DNA of 64,000 nucleotides from an uncultured Leptospirales bacterium (GTDB lineage Bacteria; Spirochaetota; UBA4802; UBA5550). The stretch spans positions 186,611-250,610 of the forward strand of contig CAZGWD010000001.1 of the NCBI GenBank assembly GCA_964529415.1, read 5' to 3'. The first letter of the stretch is position 1, and each line of letters opens with the position of its first letter. Below, one piece after another: positions 19,491-27,979 of this stretch. Under the pieces are notes generated by a model that was given only the letters and a program-made list of their open reading frames with translations, did not search any database and had not been told where the DNA came from. The position numbers were made by a program, and so were the translations under genes.

Positions 19491-21176
19491 ATGACAAAAC
19501 CTTTAATTGTTCAGAGTGATAATACACTTTTACTTGAAGTGGATAATCCTGAATTTGAAACAGCAAGAGATTCAATAGCACCATTTGCAGAGCTTGAAAA
19601 AAGCCCTGAACATATTCATTCCTATAGAATAAGTCCATTATCATTATGGAATGCTGCATCTTCAGGTCTGAAATTTCAGCAGATTATCGACGTATTGCTG
19701 AAATTTTCACGATATGAGATTCCTGAAATAGTAAGGACAACAATCAAGGAACAGATGCAGAGATACGGGCTATTAAAGCTTGTAATGGTCAATGGTGAAA
19801 TAATTCTTACATCAAAAGATTCGATTCTTCTGAATGAAATTGTAAATGATAAAAAAGTTAATATTTATATTGATACAAGAATCGATGACAACAATATCAA
19901 AATAAAGGCAAATTATAGAGGCCATATAAAACAGGCTCTGATTAAAATCGGATTTCCTGTTGAGGATCTTGCAGGCTACGAAAAAGGCGATCCATGTGAA
20001 ATAAACCTCCGGGAAAAATTAGCGCATGAAGAAAATTTTGTAATTAGAGATTACCAGCAGAGTTCCATGAATGCATTTTACAGAGGCGGAGGCCCTGATG
20101 GCGGCAGCGGAATTGTTGTACTTCCCTGCGGTGCAGGCAAGACAATCATTGGTATAGGCATAATGGCTATGCTGAAAACTGAAACTCTTATTTTAGTTAC
20201 AAATACAGTAGCTCTCAGGCAATGGAAAGAAGAGATTAAAAATAAAACGGATATTGATCCTGATTTGCTTGGAGAATTTTCAGGTGAGATAAAAGAAATA
20301 AAATCTATAACAATTGCAACATATAATATCCTCACTTATAGAAAAGACAAGAATGGCCCTTTTCTGCATTTTGATATTTTCGGTAAAAAAAACTGGGGAC
20401 TGATTATTTACGATGAAGTGCATCTTCTTCCTGCTCCGGTATTCAGAATGACTTCTGAAATTCAGTCAAAAAGACGGCTTGGCCTCACAGCAACACTTAT
20501 CAGGGAAGATGGAATGGAGTCAGATGTATTCAGTTTAATCGGTCCGAAGAAATATGATATGCCCTGGAAAGTGCTGGAAAAATCACAGTGGATTGCGCAG
20601 GCGCTCTGTACAGAAGTCCGTGTTGATCTTCCTGATGAATTGCGAATGCATTATTCAATATCAAAAGACCGTGATAAATTTAGAATAGCATCTGAAAACG
20701 AAAGAAAAATGGATGCAGTAAAAAAAATTATTACAAATCACGAAGGTGCAAATATACTTATAATTGGCCAGTATATAACTCAGCTGAAGGAATACGCTAA
20801 AAGGTTTAATTATCCTCTGATTACTGGAGCGACTCCTGTTGCAGAGAGGGAAACACTCTATCAGAAATTCCGTTTAAGTGAAATAAAAACATTGATTGTA
20901 TCAAAGGTTGCAAATTTTTCAATAGATCTTCCGGATGCGAACGTTGCTATTCAGATTTCAGGCACATTTGGTTCAAGACAGGAGGAAGCACAAAGACTCG
21001 GCAGGATACTCCGGCCGAAAAAAGAAGACAATAGAGCATACTTTTACACTGTAGTTACTTCAAATTCTGTGGAAGAAAAGTTTTCCCATAACAGGCAGCT
21101 ATTTCTAACAGAGCAGGGATATTCCTATATTATTTTAAATGAGGAAATGTTTGAAAAGAAGTTTAATCTTATATAA
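19491..21176 (+). CDS. XPB/RAD25(Ssl2)-family SF2 DNA helicase
   Basis: Walker A LPCGAGKT, motif II IIYDEVHLL, motif III LGLTATLIRED (XPB signature) and a helicase C domain (QEEAQRLGRILR). 561 aa. Confidence 0.7.
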   Translation: MTKPLIVQSDNTLLLEVDNPEFETARDSIAPFAELEKSPEHIHSYRISPLSLWNAASSGLKFQQIIDVLLKFSRYEIPEIVRTTIKEQMQRYGLLKLVMVNGEIILTSKDSILLNEIVNDKKVNIYIDTRIDDNNIKIKANYRGHIKQALIKIGFPVEDLAGYEKGDPCEINLREKLAHEENFVIRDYQQSSMNAFYRGGGPDGGSGIVVLPCGAGKTIIGIGIMAMLKTETLILVTNTVALRQWKEEIKNKTDIDPDLLGEFSGEIKEIKSITIATYNILTYRKDKNGPFLHFDIFGKKNWGLIIYDEVHLLPAPVFRMTSEIQSKRRLGLTATLIREDGMESDVFSLIGPKKYDMPWKVLEKSQWIAQALCTEVRVDLPDELRMHYSISKDRDKFRIASENERKMDAVKKIITNHEGANILIIGQYITQLKEYAKRFNYPLITGATPVAERETLYQKFRLSEIKTLIVSKVANFSIDLPDANVAIQISGTFGSRQEEAQRLGRILRPKKEDNRAYFYTVVTSNSVEEKFSHNRQLFLTEQGYSYIILNEEMFEKKFNLI

Positions 21177-23091
21177 AAATCTGATTTTTACTGTTGTTTT
21201 ATTATTTTCCGGATGTTCATCAAATTTATATTCATCTGATCCGAAAGTTTTTGCAATTACCGATAGTTCTGTATACATCTCTTCAAATGGCGGATCATAC
21301 TATAGTTCATTTGTGAAAGGCCTTCCGGAAAGCGTTAATCCTCTGAAGCTGTATATAAATTCCGGAGATTATTATCTTACAACTTTCAGATCCGGAATAT
21401 TCAAACTCGACAAAAAAAATGATACCTGGCAGAATATTTCATCTCCGGATTTTAAAAGAAGAACACAGTCCGGCATTGATGCAGGCTACAGAAAAATTTC
21501 CGCACTTGCTTTTGATAAAAATAATCCGCTGAATATTGTTCTGGCAACCAAGCATAGTATTTATGCAAGTAAAGATGGCGGAAACACCTGGAATAAAATA
21601 AATAATGCAGCATTCGGCACAAAGAATTATGTAACAGCTCTTGCTGTAAGCGGTGATGAAATAATAGCTGGGACATCGACTAACGGAGTTTTCAGACTTA
21701 TCAACGGTACTGCAATAAGATTTAATATCGGGCTTCCCCAGGAGCCATATTCGGATGATATTTTTTTTACAGAACAGATTCAGTCTTTAGAATATTCAGC
21801 AGATAAAAAAATTTTATACGCTGGAACAGCTTTTGGCAAGGGAATTTACTTTTATTCAAATGGTTCGTGGAAACAGATTAGTTTACCTCAACAGAAAGAT
21901 TCAATGTACCATGTGAATAATATTTCTTCAATAAAAAATCGGTTACTGATCAGCGCCGGACCATCTGCATATCTCATTGAAGGGAATAATATTATTACTG
22001 AATTTAATCCTGAAAAATATCTAAAAAATTTAAAGTATGAATTTAAATCAGTTATAGTTTCTGAAACAGAAAGCCTGCCGGTTTTATATTTTAATTATCA
22101 TAATGTCCCCAAAAAAAATAAAGAGAAATGGTCCGATATTAAGGCATTATACGCGAGCGTTCCAGCTGTAAAAAGAAACTTAAACGCAATTATTGATTCT
22201 ATTAAGACAGCTAATTTAAACGCAATTGTAATAGATATGAAAGATGATTTCGGGAATATATATTTTCCGGTAAAAAACAGCATCGCAAAAGAAATAGGTG
22301 CTGTTAGAAAACCACTTGATGTTGAAGAAGTAATTAAAAAATTAAAATCCAATGGAATTTATACAATTGCCCGAATTGTTACTTTTAAAGATGAAAAAAT
22401 TTATTCAGCTTATAACACAAGGTATGCGATAAAAAACATAACAACTGGAACAGCCTGGAAAGGAACACCTGGCGAATACTGGGTTGATCCGCATTCAGAT
22501 TTTGTTCAGCAATACAATATAGACCTCGCGAAGGAACTCGAGGAGCTTGGATTTGATGAAATCCAATATGATTATATAAGATTTCCTTCTGATGGCCCAA
22601 CTTTTCTTTGTCAGTTTTCTTATAAAAAAGATCCGGAAATGTATAAATCAGAAATTCTTTCAGATTTTCTGATAAAAGCCAGGAAGTCTTTAAAAATCCC
22701 GGTATCAGTAGATTTATATGGTTTTAATTCTTGGTATCATTTCGGAAATCTTATTGGCCAGGATATTGAGGAATTTTCTCATATTGTAAATGCAATTTCT
22801 CCAATGGTATATCCGTCACATTTTGGAAATAAATTTTTAAGAGCTGTAGGCAGAGAAGCGCATCCATACAGGATTGTTCTTGATGGAGGTAAACGGGCTG
22901 TAATTCTTGTTAATAACAGAGTTGATCTAAGGCCGTATCTTCAGGCATTTAAGATGATGTCACCAACCTGGGGCCCTGATTACATAAATGCGCAGGTTAA
23001 GGGAGCATTGGAATCAGGGCAAAGCGGATATATTTTCTGGAACGCGAAAACTGAATATCAGACTGTTGAAAAAGCTTTATCAGGAAAATAG
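21139..23091 (+). CDS. lipoprotein with N-terminal BNR/beta-propeller-like repeats and C-terminal GH-like TIM-barrel domain (DUF4015-like putative glycoside hydrolase)
   Basis: Lipobox LFSGCSS. Repeated SxDGGxTW-type motifs (SKDGGNTWNKI). C-terminal IVIDMKDDFGNIYFP...WVDP region typical of the DUF4015/GHL family. Overlaps the helicase stop by 38 nt. Confidence 0.45.
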   Translation: MRKCLKRSLILYKNLIFTVVLLFSGCSSNLYSSDPKVFAITDSSVYISSNGGSYYSSFVKGLPESVNPLKLYINSGDYYLTTFRSGIFKLDKKNDTWQNISSPDFKRRTQSGIDAGYRKISALAFDKNNPLNIVLATKHSIYASKDGGNTWNKINNAAFGTKNYVTALAVSGDEIIAGTSTNGVFRLINGTAIRFNIGLPQEPYSDDIFFTEQIQSLEYSADKKILYAGTAFGKGIYFYSNGSWKQISLPQQKDSMYHVNNISSIKNRLLISAGPSAYLIEGNNIITEFNPEKYLKNLKYEFKSVIVSETESLPVLYFNYHNVPKKNKEKWSDIKALYASVPAVKRNLNAIIDSIKTANLNAIVIDMKDDFGNIYFPVKNSIAKEIGAVRKPLDVEEVIKKLKSNGIYTIARIVTFKDEKIYSAYNTRYAIKNITTGTAWKGTPGEYWVDPHSDFVQQYNIDLAKELEELGFDEIQYDYIRFPSDGPTFLCQFSYKKDPEMYKSEILSDFLIKARKSLKIPVSVDLYGFNSWYHFGNLIGQDIEEFSHIVNAISPMVYPSHFGNKFLRAVGREAHPYRIVLDGGKRAVILVNNRVDLRPYLQAFKMMSPTWGPDYINAQVKGALESGQSGYIFWNAKTEYQTVEKALSGK

Positions 23092-23094
23092 AAA

Positions 23095-23802
23095 TTATCT
23101 TCTCCAGCCTTTTAATTCATAAAGCTGCCTGAAAACCAGTTTTCCGTCTTTATCAAATATCAGAAGAGTGAAATTATTAAAATAAGTATAGTTATTTCTG
23201 TATTTACTAAGATGCTTAGTTGTTACCAATAGTTTATCTTTGAGAAGATAAGGTTTTCCTGTGTCCGGATTTACTCCGTCTTTAGGTTCTTTTGGATACT
23301 TAATGTATGAAACTTTCCCTTTTGTAAGGTTTTCAGTTCCCTTGCTTTTTTCAGTATATTCAAATGATTTAAGATTATCCGGAAACGGGCAGAAATTTGA
23401 TAATCTGTCTTTTTCTTCTACCGGAGATTCGTGGCTCGATCTTGTTTTTTCAATCTTTTCACACGTTGCTATTGTCCAGATATATAACTCCTGAGGATCG
23501 TCTAAATTATTTTTAATTACAAATTCGAATTCAATAATCTCGCCTCTTCCTGCAAGATCTATTCTTTTATTAAAAGCTATATAACCAATTTTAAAATTAT
23601 TACTGTATTTTGATTGTACTGGAATAGTTGTGTTTGCTTCAGCTGATTGTGAATCAAGATTTTTTGTATCAGCCGGCTTCTCGATTTTTTCCTGTTGTGA
23701 AAAAGCAGCAGTTGCTAAAAAAATCAGGAGAAGTGTTTTAGTAAGTTTGATTTGCATAATAACCTCTGAAAATTTTTCGAATATGTTTTGATATAAGCTC
23801 AT
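23095..23802 (-). CDS. hypothetical secreted protein
   Basis: 235 aa with a signal peptide. No recognisable domain. Confidence 0.4.
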   Translation of the reverse strand: MSLYQNIFEKFSEVIMQIKLTKTLLLIFLATAAFSQQEKIEKPADTKNLDSQSAEANTTIPVQSKYSNNFKIGYIAFNKRIDLAGRGEIIEFEFVIKNNLDDPQELYIWTIATCEKIEKTRSSHESPVEEKDRLSNFCPFPDNLKSFEYTEKSKGTENLTKGKVSYIKYPKEPKDGVNPDTGKPYLLKDKLLVTTKHLSKYRNNYTYFNNFTLLIFDKDGKLVFRQLYELKGWRR

Positions 23803-23973
23803 TAAAATATAGCTTATTGATATTTTCGGTATATCAGTTAAAAAGAATTAAATCTAAAATATGCATAGAAATGAAATAAATATAATAAGCTTATTTAAAA
23901 ACATAATGATTGACAGGAATATGGATGCAGTAACCGCTATTATTGAATAGTTACCAGAGCTATTAAAAATAAT

Positions 23974-24585
23974 ATGATAGATATAAAAAATAAAAAATTA
24001 ATAATATTCGACTGTGATGGAGTGCTTTTTGAATCAGCAGCAGCAAATAGAGCATATTTCAATAAATGTCTTGATTTGGCCGGTATTGAAAGAGTTCCGG
24101 AAAAGATGATTCATGAGGTTGAATATATGTCTGTAAAACAGCTTATAGATATGTTTATTAAAGATAAAGACCAGGCAGAAAAGATATCAGCTTTAACATT
24201 GACTGTTCCATATGAACCATTTATTTCAGAAATTCAACCCAATTTCAATTTTGATGAAATACTGTTGCAGCTGAAAGAAAAGTTTTTTCTGGCTGTTGCT
24301 ACAAATCGAGGCCGCTCAATAGACACACTTTTTCAATATTTTGATTTATACAGATATTTTCATTTCAAAGTTTCAACTCTGAACGCCAGGTCAAAACCTG
24401 ATCCTGAAATGATTAATAAATGCCTTGATTATTTTTATCTTAAAAAAGACGAAGCTTTTTTTATTGGAGATTCTGAATCAGATTATAATTGCGCTAAAAA
24501 TGCCGGTATTGATTTTTTCTGGTTTGGAAATGATAAACCGACACCAGCAATTAAGACTGGAAAAGAACTTCTTAATTTTTTATAG
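23974..24585 (+). CDS. HAD-IA family hydrolase (phosphatase)
   Basis: IIFDCDGVLFES motif I (DxD) and C-terminal FIGDSESD motif. Confidence 0.7.
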   Translation: MIDIKNKKLIIFDCDGVLFESAAANRAYFNKCLDLAGIERVPEKMIHEVEYMSVKQLIDMFIKDKDQAEKISALTLTVPYEPFISEIQPNFNFDEILLQLKEKFFLAVATNRGRSIDTLFQYFDLYRYFHFKVSTLNARSKPDPEMINKCLDYFYLKKDEAFFIGDSESDYNCAKNAGIDFFWFGNDKPTPAIKTGKELLNFL

Positions 24586-24660
24586 TAAAAATTTTTTTCT
24601 TGAATTTATTCAGCAAATAGATATATAATTTTTCTATAATTTAATAGAATCTACTCATAT

Positions 24661-24692
24661 AATAACATAATAACATAATAACATAATAACAA
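24661..24692. repeat. tandem 8-mer repeat (ATAACATA x3 plus one degenerate copy)
   Basis: ataacata ataacata ataacata ataacaat seen directly, about 30 nt upstream of the GTG start of the 7TM-phosphatase gene. Confidence 0.6.
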
Positions 24693-24721
24693 TATTATAA
24701 ATTAGGATGCGGTGATATCAA

Positions 24722-26875
24722 GTGGTTCAGACAGAAATTGTAATTTCAGCTATTGCATTTTTTATAGCTCAGGGTTTGGCCGTTTCCAGCTTAATCAGAA
24801 GAGGCCGGTCTACAATAAACCGCATCTTTGCTGCGTTATCATTTTTTTCATCATTTTTATTTTTAATTCAATTTTTATTACTATTAAATTTAGACTTTAT
24901 ACCAATAACTATAAGCGCAAGAGTTTATTTTGCACTTATACTCTTTCTATCTGAAATATTTTTTCATTTCTTTCAACTATTCCCGGATGATAAAATAAAG
25001 CCAATAATTAAGAGTATAATTATTGCTGCAATCCCGGGTATTATGTTTTCAATTCTTACAGTTTCAACAGATTTGATTATATATAATGTATCTTTTAAAG
25101 GGTTTCTTGATTTTCAGTTTGGATATCTTTTCCCAATTTATATTTGTTTCTTTGCGTCATATATGTTAGGAACACTTATATTAATAATATATAAAATAAA
25201 ATTTAAAATTGAATCAAAAGTATTAAAGATGGAGTTTAAACTTATTTTTTATGATCTTATTATTCTGATTTTACTTCTTGTTTTATTTGTATTTATTTTA
25301 CCTGATATTTTTAAAATTGATGCCTTTAGAAACATAGCAATAACTCTTCCTGGCGTATTTATATTAATTATAATTAACTACTCCACTTATGATATCCGCG
25401 AAATAGACTTTAAAATTTTCAATATTAAATTATCATTCTGGATTTCAATTTTTATTATGTTGTTTGTTCCTGCGTTTTTGAGCATATATTACAGCAATGT
25501 TTTATTTACAAATCCAAATACAGTATTAACTAATATAACAATTATTTCTTTTATTTATATGGTGCTTTTTTATAGATTTGTTAAACCAAAAATTGAGAAT
25601 TTTTTTAAAAGGGATTACATAAAACTAGAAAAAAACTTTGAAATGTTTTTCAATTCTATAAGTCAGCTTACTGTAGCTGATAAACATGGACCTCTTTGGG
25701 AAGAATTTTACACAAAATCAATTGATGATTTCAGGAACATGTTTGAAATTAGCGGCGCTTATTTATTCCTTTCAAATCCAAATGACGGCAAATTCAGATA
25801 TGTGCACGGCATCGGACCGGAAATTGATAAAACTCCAATTGAAATGAAAAGTGTTATTGTTGAAAATTTAAATGTTAATTCACGTGTTCTTGATAAATTT
25901 ATGATTTATACAGACATTGTCTATTCTTTAGATAAAGAAGAATTATTAAAATTTTATCAAAAATATAATATTGAAATTGCAATGCCGTTTTTTCATAAAA
26001 TATCGGGTCTTATTGGATTTCTGATTTTTGGATCTTTACCTGATGACAAACTTTATTCCAAAACATTTATTTCAACTTTAGAGATTTATAGAATTCAGTT
26101 CCAGCGATTGCTGGAAAATGGCCTTTTACTTGAAGAGTTAAGGCTTAACCAGGTTGTGGAGCACGACAAAATGGTTGTTGGAGGAATAAAGAAAAAAATT
26201 CTTCCAAGAGAATTGAACAGCATTGAAGGAATAAAAATCAGTTCTTTTTATATGAATAATTCATCTTATGGCGGTGATTATTACGACAGTATAAAAATTG
26301 GTCTTGATAAAATAGCAATTATTATTTCTGATTCCGCGTATTATGGAGTTGAATCAGCGATTATATCTCTTGAGTTGTTTTCTGCATTTCATTCAAGGCC
26401 CAGAAAAGTTGAGACTCCGGATAAAATATTAAGTGTATTAAACTGGGTACTGACAACATCACGGCTTACAAAAAAATATGCACCGACTTTTCTTATGACA
26501 TACTCTGCAAATGGAGAAATAAATTATTCAAATGCCGGATTTAATCCTCTAATTATTTTTGATGCAGCTGCAAATGAATTTAATTCCTATACAACAAAAG
26601 GCATTCCAATTGGAGTTGATAAAGATTTTAAATATGAGTCTCATGTGGTTAAGGTTGCTCAGGGAAGCATTGGACTTCTGTTCTCAAATGGTTTTTTAAG
26701 CGCTATTAATCCGAATGGGGAAAGCTATTCTATCGAAAAAGTTAAAAGTATTATTAAAAATAACAAGGGTGAAAATGCTTCAATAATTTCCCGGAGAATT
26801 TATCAGGATTTAAGTGACTTTATAAAAGATAAAAAACAGACGAACGATGTGAGCCTGATAATTTTTAAAATATAA
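24722..26875 (+). CDS. 7TM-receptor (7TMR-DISM-like) - PP2C/SpoIIE-family protein-serine phosphatase
   Basis: About 8 N-terminal TM helices, a central GAF-like region, and a C-terminal SYGGDYYDS...IIISDSAYYGVESAI PP2C/SpoIIE signature. GTG start. Confidence 0.6.
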   Translation: MVQTEIVISAIAFFIAQGLAVSSLIRRGRSTINRIFAALSFFSSFLFLIQFLLLLNLDFIPITISARVYFALILFLSEIFFHFFQLFPDDKIKPIIKSIIIAAIPGIMFSILTVSTDLIIYNVSFKGFLDFQFGYLFPIYICFFASYMLGTLILIIYKIKFKIESKVLKMEFKLIFYDLIILILLLVLFVFILPDIFKIDAFRNIAITLPGVFILIIINYSTYDIREIDFKIFNIKLSFWISIFIMLFVPAFLSIYYSNVLFTNPNTVLTNITIISFIYMVLFYRFVKPKIENFFKRDYIKLEKNFEMFFNSISQLTVADKHGPLWEEFYTKSIDDFRNMFEISGAYLFLSNPNDGKFRYVHGIGPEIDKTPIEMKSVIVENLNVNSRVLDKFMIYTDIVYSLDKEELLKFYQKYNIEIAMPFFHKISGLIGFLIFGSLPDDKLYSKTFISTLEIYRIQFQRLLENGLLLEELRLNQVVEHDKMVVGGIKKKILPRELNSIEGIKISSFYMNNSSYGGDYYDSIKIGLDKIAIIISDSAYYGVESAIISLELFSAFHSRPRKVETPDKILSVLNWVLTTSRLTKKYAPTFLMTYSANGEINYSNAGFNPLIIFDAAANEFNSYTTKGIPIGVDKDFKYESHVVKVAQGSIGLLFSNGFLSAINPNGESYSIEKVKSIIKNNKGENASIISRRIYQDLSDFIKDKKQTNDVSLIIFKI

Positions 26876-26884
26876 GGTTGTATT

Positions 26885-27973
26885 TTGGTTCAGATAGAAC
26901 ATTTTATTTCTGCCATAAATAAATATAGAAACATACTTATATATTTAAAGGGTTCACCTGATCCGGATTCTTTAGCTTCAGCATTAATTCTGAAAACTAT
27001 ATTATCTTCATTCGGGAAAAGCAGTGATATTTTCACTGAAAAGAAAGTTTCACTGCAGCAGAATATTGAATTTGTCAAATTATTCAGAATCCCTCTTAAT
27101 ATTAATAAAATTCCGCATATCGAGAAATATGATGCATATGCTGTTATTGATTTTCAGGATGCATATGTTGATATTTTATCCAAAAAAATTCCATGCGCAA
27201 TTCACATAGATCATCATGAAAAGCTAAAAGATAATTTCCATGCTGATTTCAGGTTGATTGATGAGGATTCAGGATCAACAAGCACGATTTTTGCTGAATT
27301 GATAGAGATGCTTGATTTAAAAATTGAATCAGGTAAAATGAAAAATATTACAAGCGCACTCGTTTCCGGAATACAGTCGGATACTGATATATATCAGTAT
27401 GCAACAGTTAAAGATTTTAAAGCGCTTGATTATTTGTCAAAATATTCGGATCCGGATCTTGTAAGCAAAATATCCGGTGTACCATTGAGCAAAGAAGCTG
27501 TAATAAATATACAACTTGCCGGGAAAAATAAAATATTATATAAAGACTGGGCAATTTCAGGAATTGGATTTATTGATGAATCAGTACGTGATACAATCGC
27601 AATAGCAGCTGATTTTCTTTTGAAAGAAGGTATGTATACTGCTGCAGTTGTTTTTGCGGCAATTGAAGGGAAAAACGGACTCTCTATAGATGCATCATTC
27701 AGAGCAAGAAGCAATAAAATAAACCTGAATGATATTATTAAAGAAATTACAACACAGGGCGGCGCCAGAAAATATAAAGGCGCATATCAGGTTAATATAG
27801 ATTATTTCAAATACTGTCCGGACAGGGATCTTCTCTGGAAAGTTATTTATTCAACCACACTTGAAGTAATTAAAAATAGAAGAGACGGCATAGCAATGAC
27901 AGATATTAAAAAAATGTATAGAAGTTTTAAAACCAGTTTAATTAATTTTTTCAGCGGTGATTCAAAAGATTAA
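26885..27973 (+). CDS. DHH-family phosphoesterase (NrnA-like nanoRNase/pAp phosphatase)
   Basis: Motifs GSPDPDS (DxD), VIDFQD, HIDHHE (DHH), and a C-terminal DHHA1-like GGARKYKGA. TTG start with AAGG SD. Confidence 0.6.
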   Translation: MVQIEHFISAINKYRNILIYLKGSPDPDSLASALILKTILSSFGKSSDIFTEKKVSLQQNIEFVKLFRIPLNINKIPHIEKYDAYAVIDFQDAYVDILSKKIPCAIHIDHHEKLKDNFHADFRLIDEDSGSTSTIFAELIEMLDLKIESGKMKNITSALVSGIQSDTDIYQYATVKDFKALDYLSKYSDPDLVSKISGVPLSKEAVINIQLAGKNKILYKDWAISGIGFIDESVRDTIAIAADFLLKEGMYTAAVVFAAIEGKNGLSIDASFRARSNKINLNDIIKEITTQGGARKYKGAYQVNIDYFKYCPDRDLLWKVIYSTTLEVIKNRRDGIAMTDIKKMYRSFKTSLINFFSGDSKD

Positions 27974-27979
27974 TTTTTT

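Noticed and set aside
19402-19659. Minus-strand 85-aa ORF overlapping the start of the helicase gene
   Set aside because: It overlaps the helicase N-terminus and upstream palindrome on the opposite strand, has no RBS and is low complexity.
24600-25025. Apparent 1-nt coordinate inconsistency between my hand indexing and the ORF track around 24711-25021
   Set aside because: Most likely my own miscounting of homopolymer runs rather than a frameshift or pseudogene. The track ORF 24722-26875 is internally consistent and its translation is a coherent protein.
24720-26900. Near-identical 14-nt sequence (TGGTTCAGAyAGAA) at the non-ATG start codons of two adjacent genes (24722 and 26885)
   Set aside because: With one mismatch allowed, hundreds of such 15-mer pairs are expected by chance in 64 kb of AT-rich DNA. 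Both starts encode MVQ-E by coincidence of codons. No extended similarity follows.
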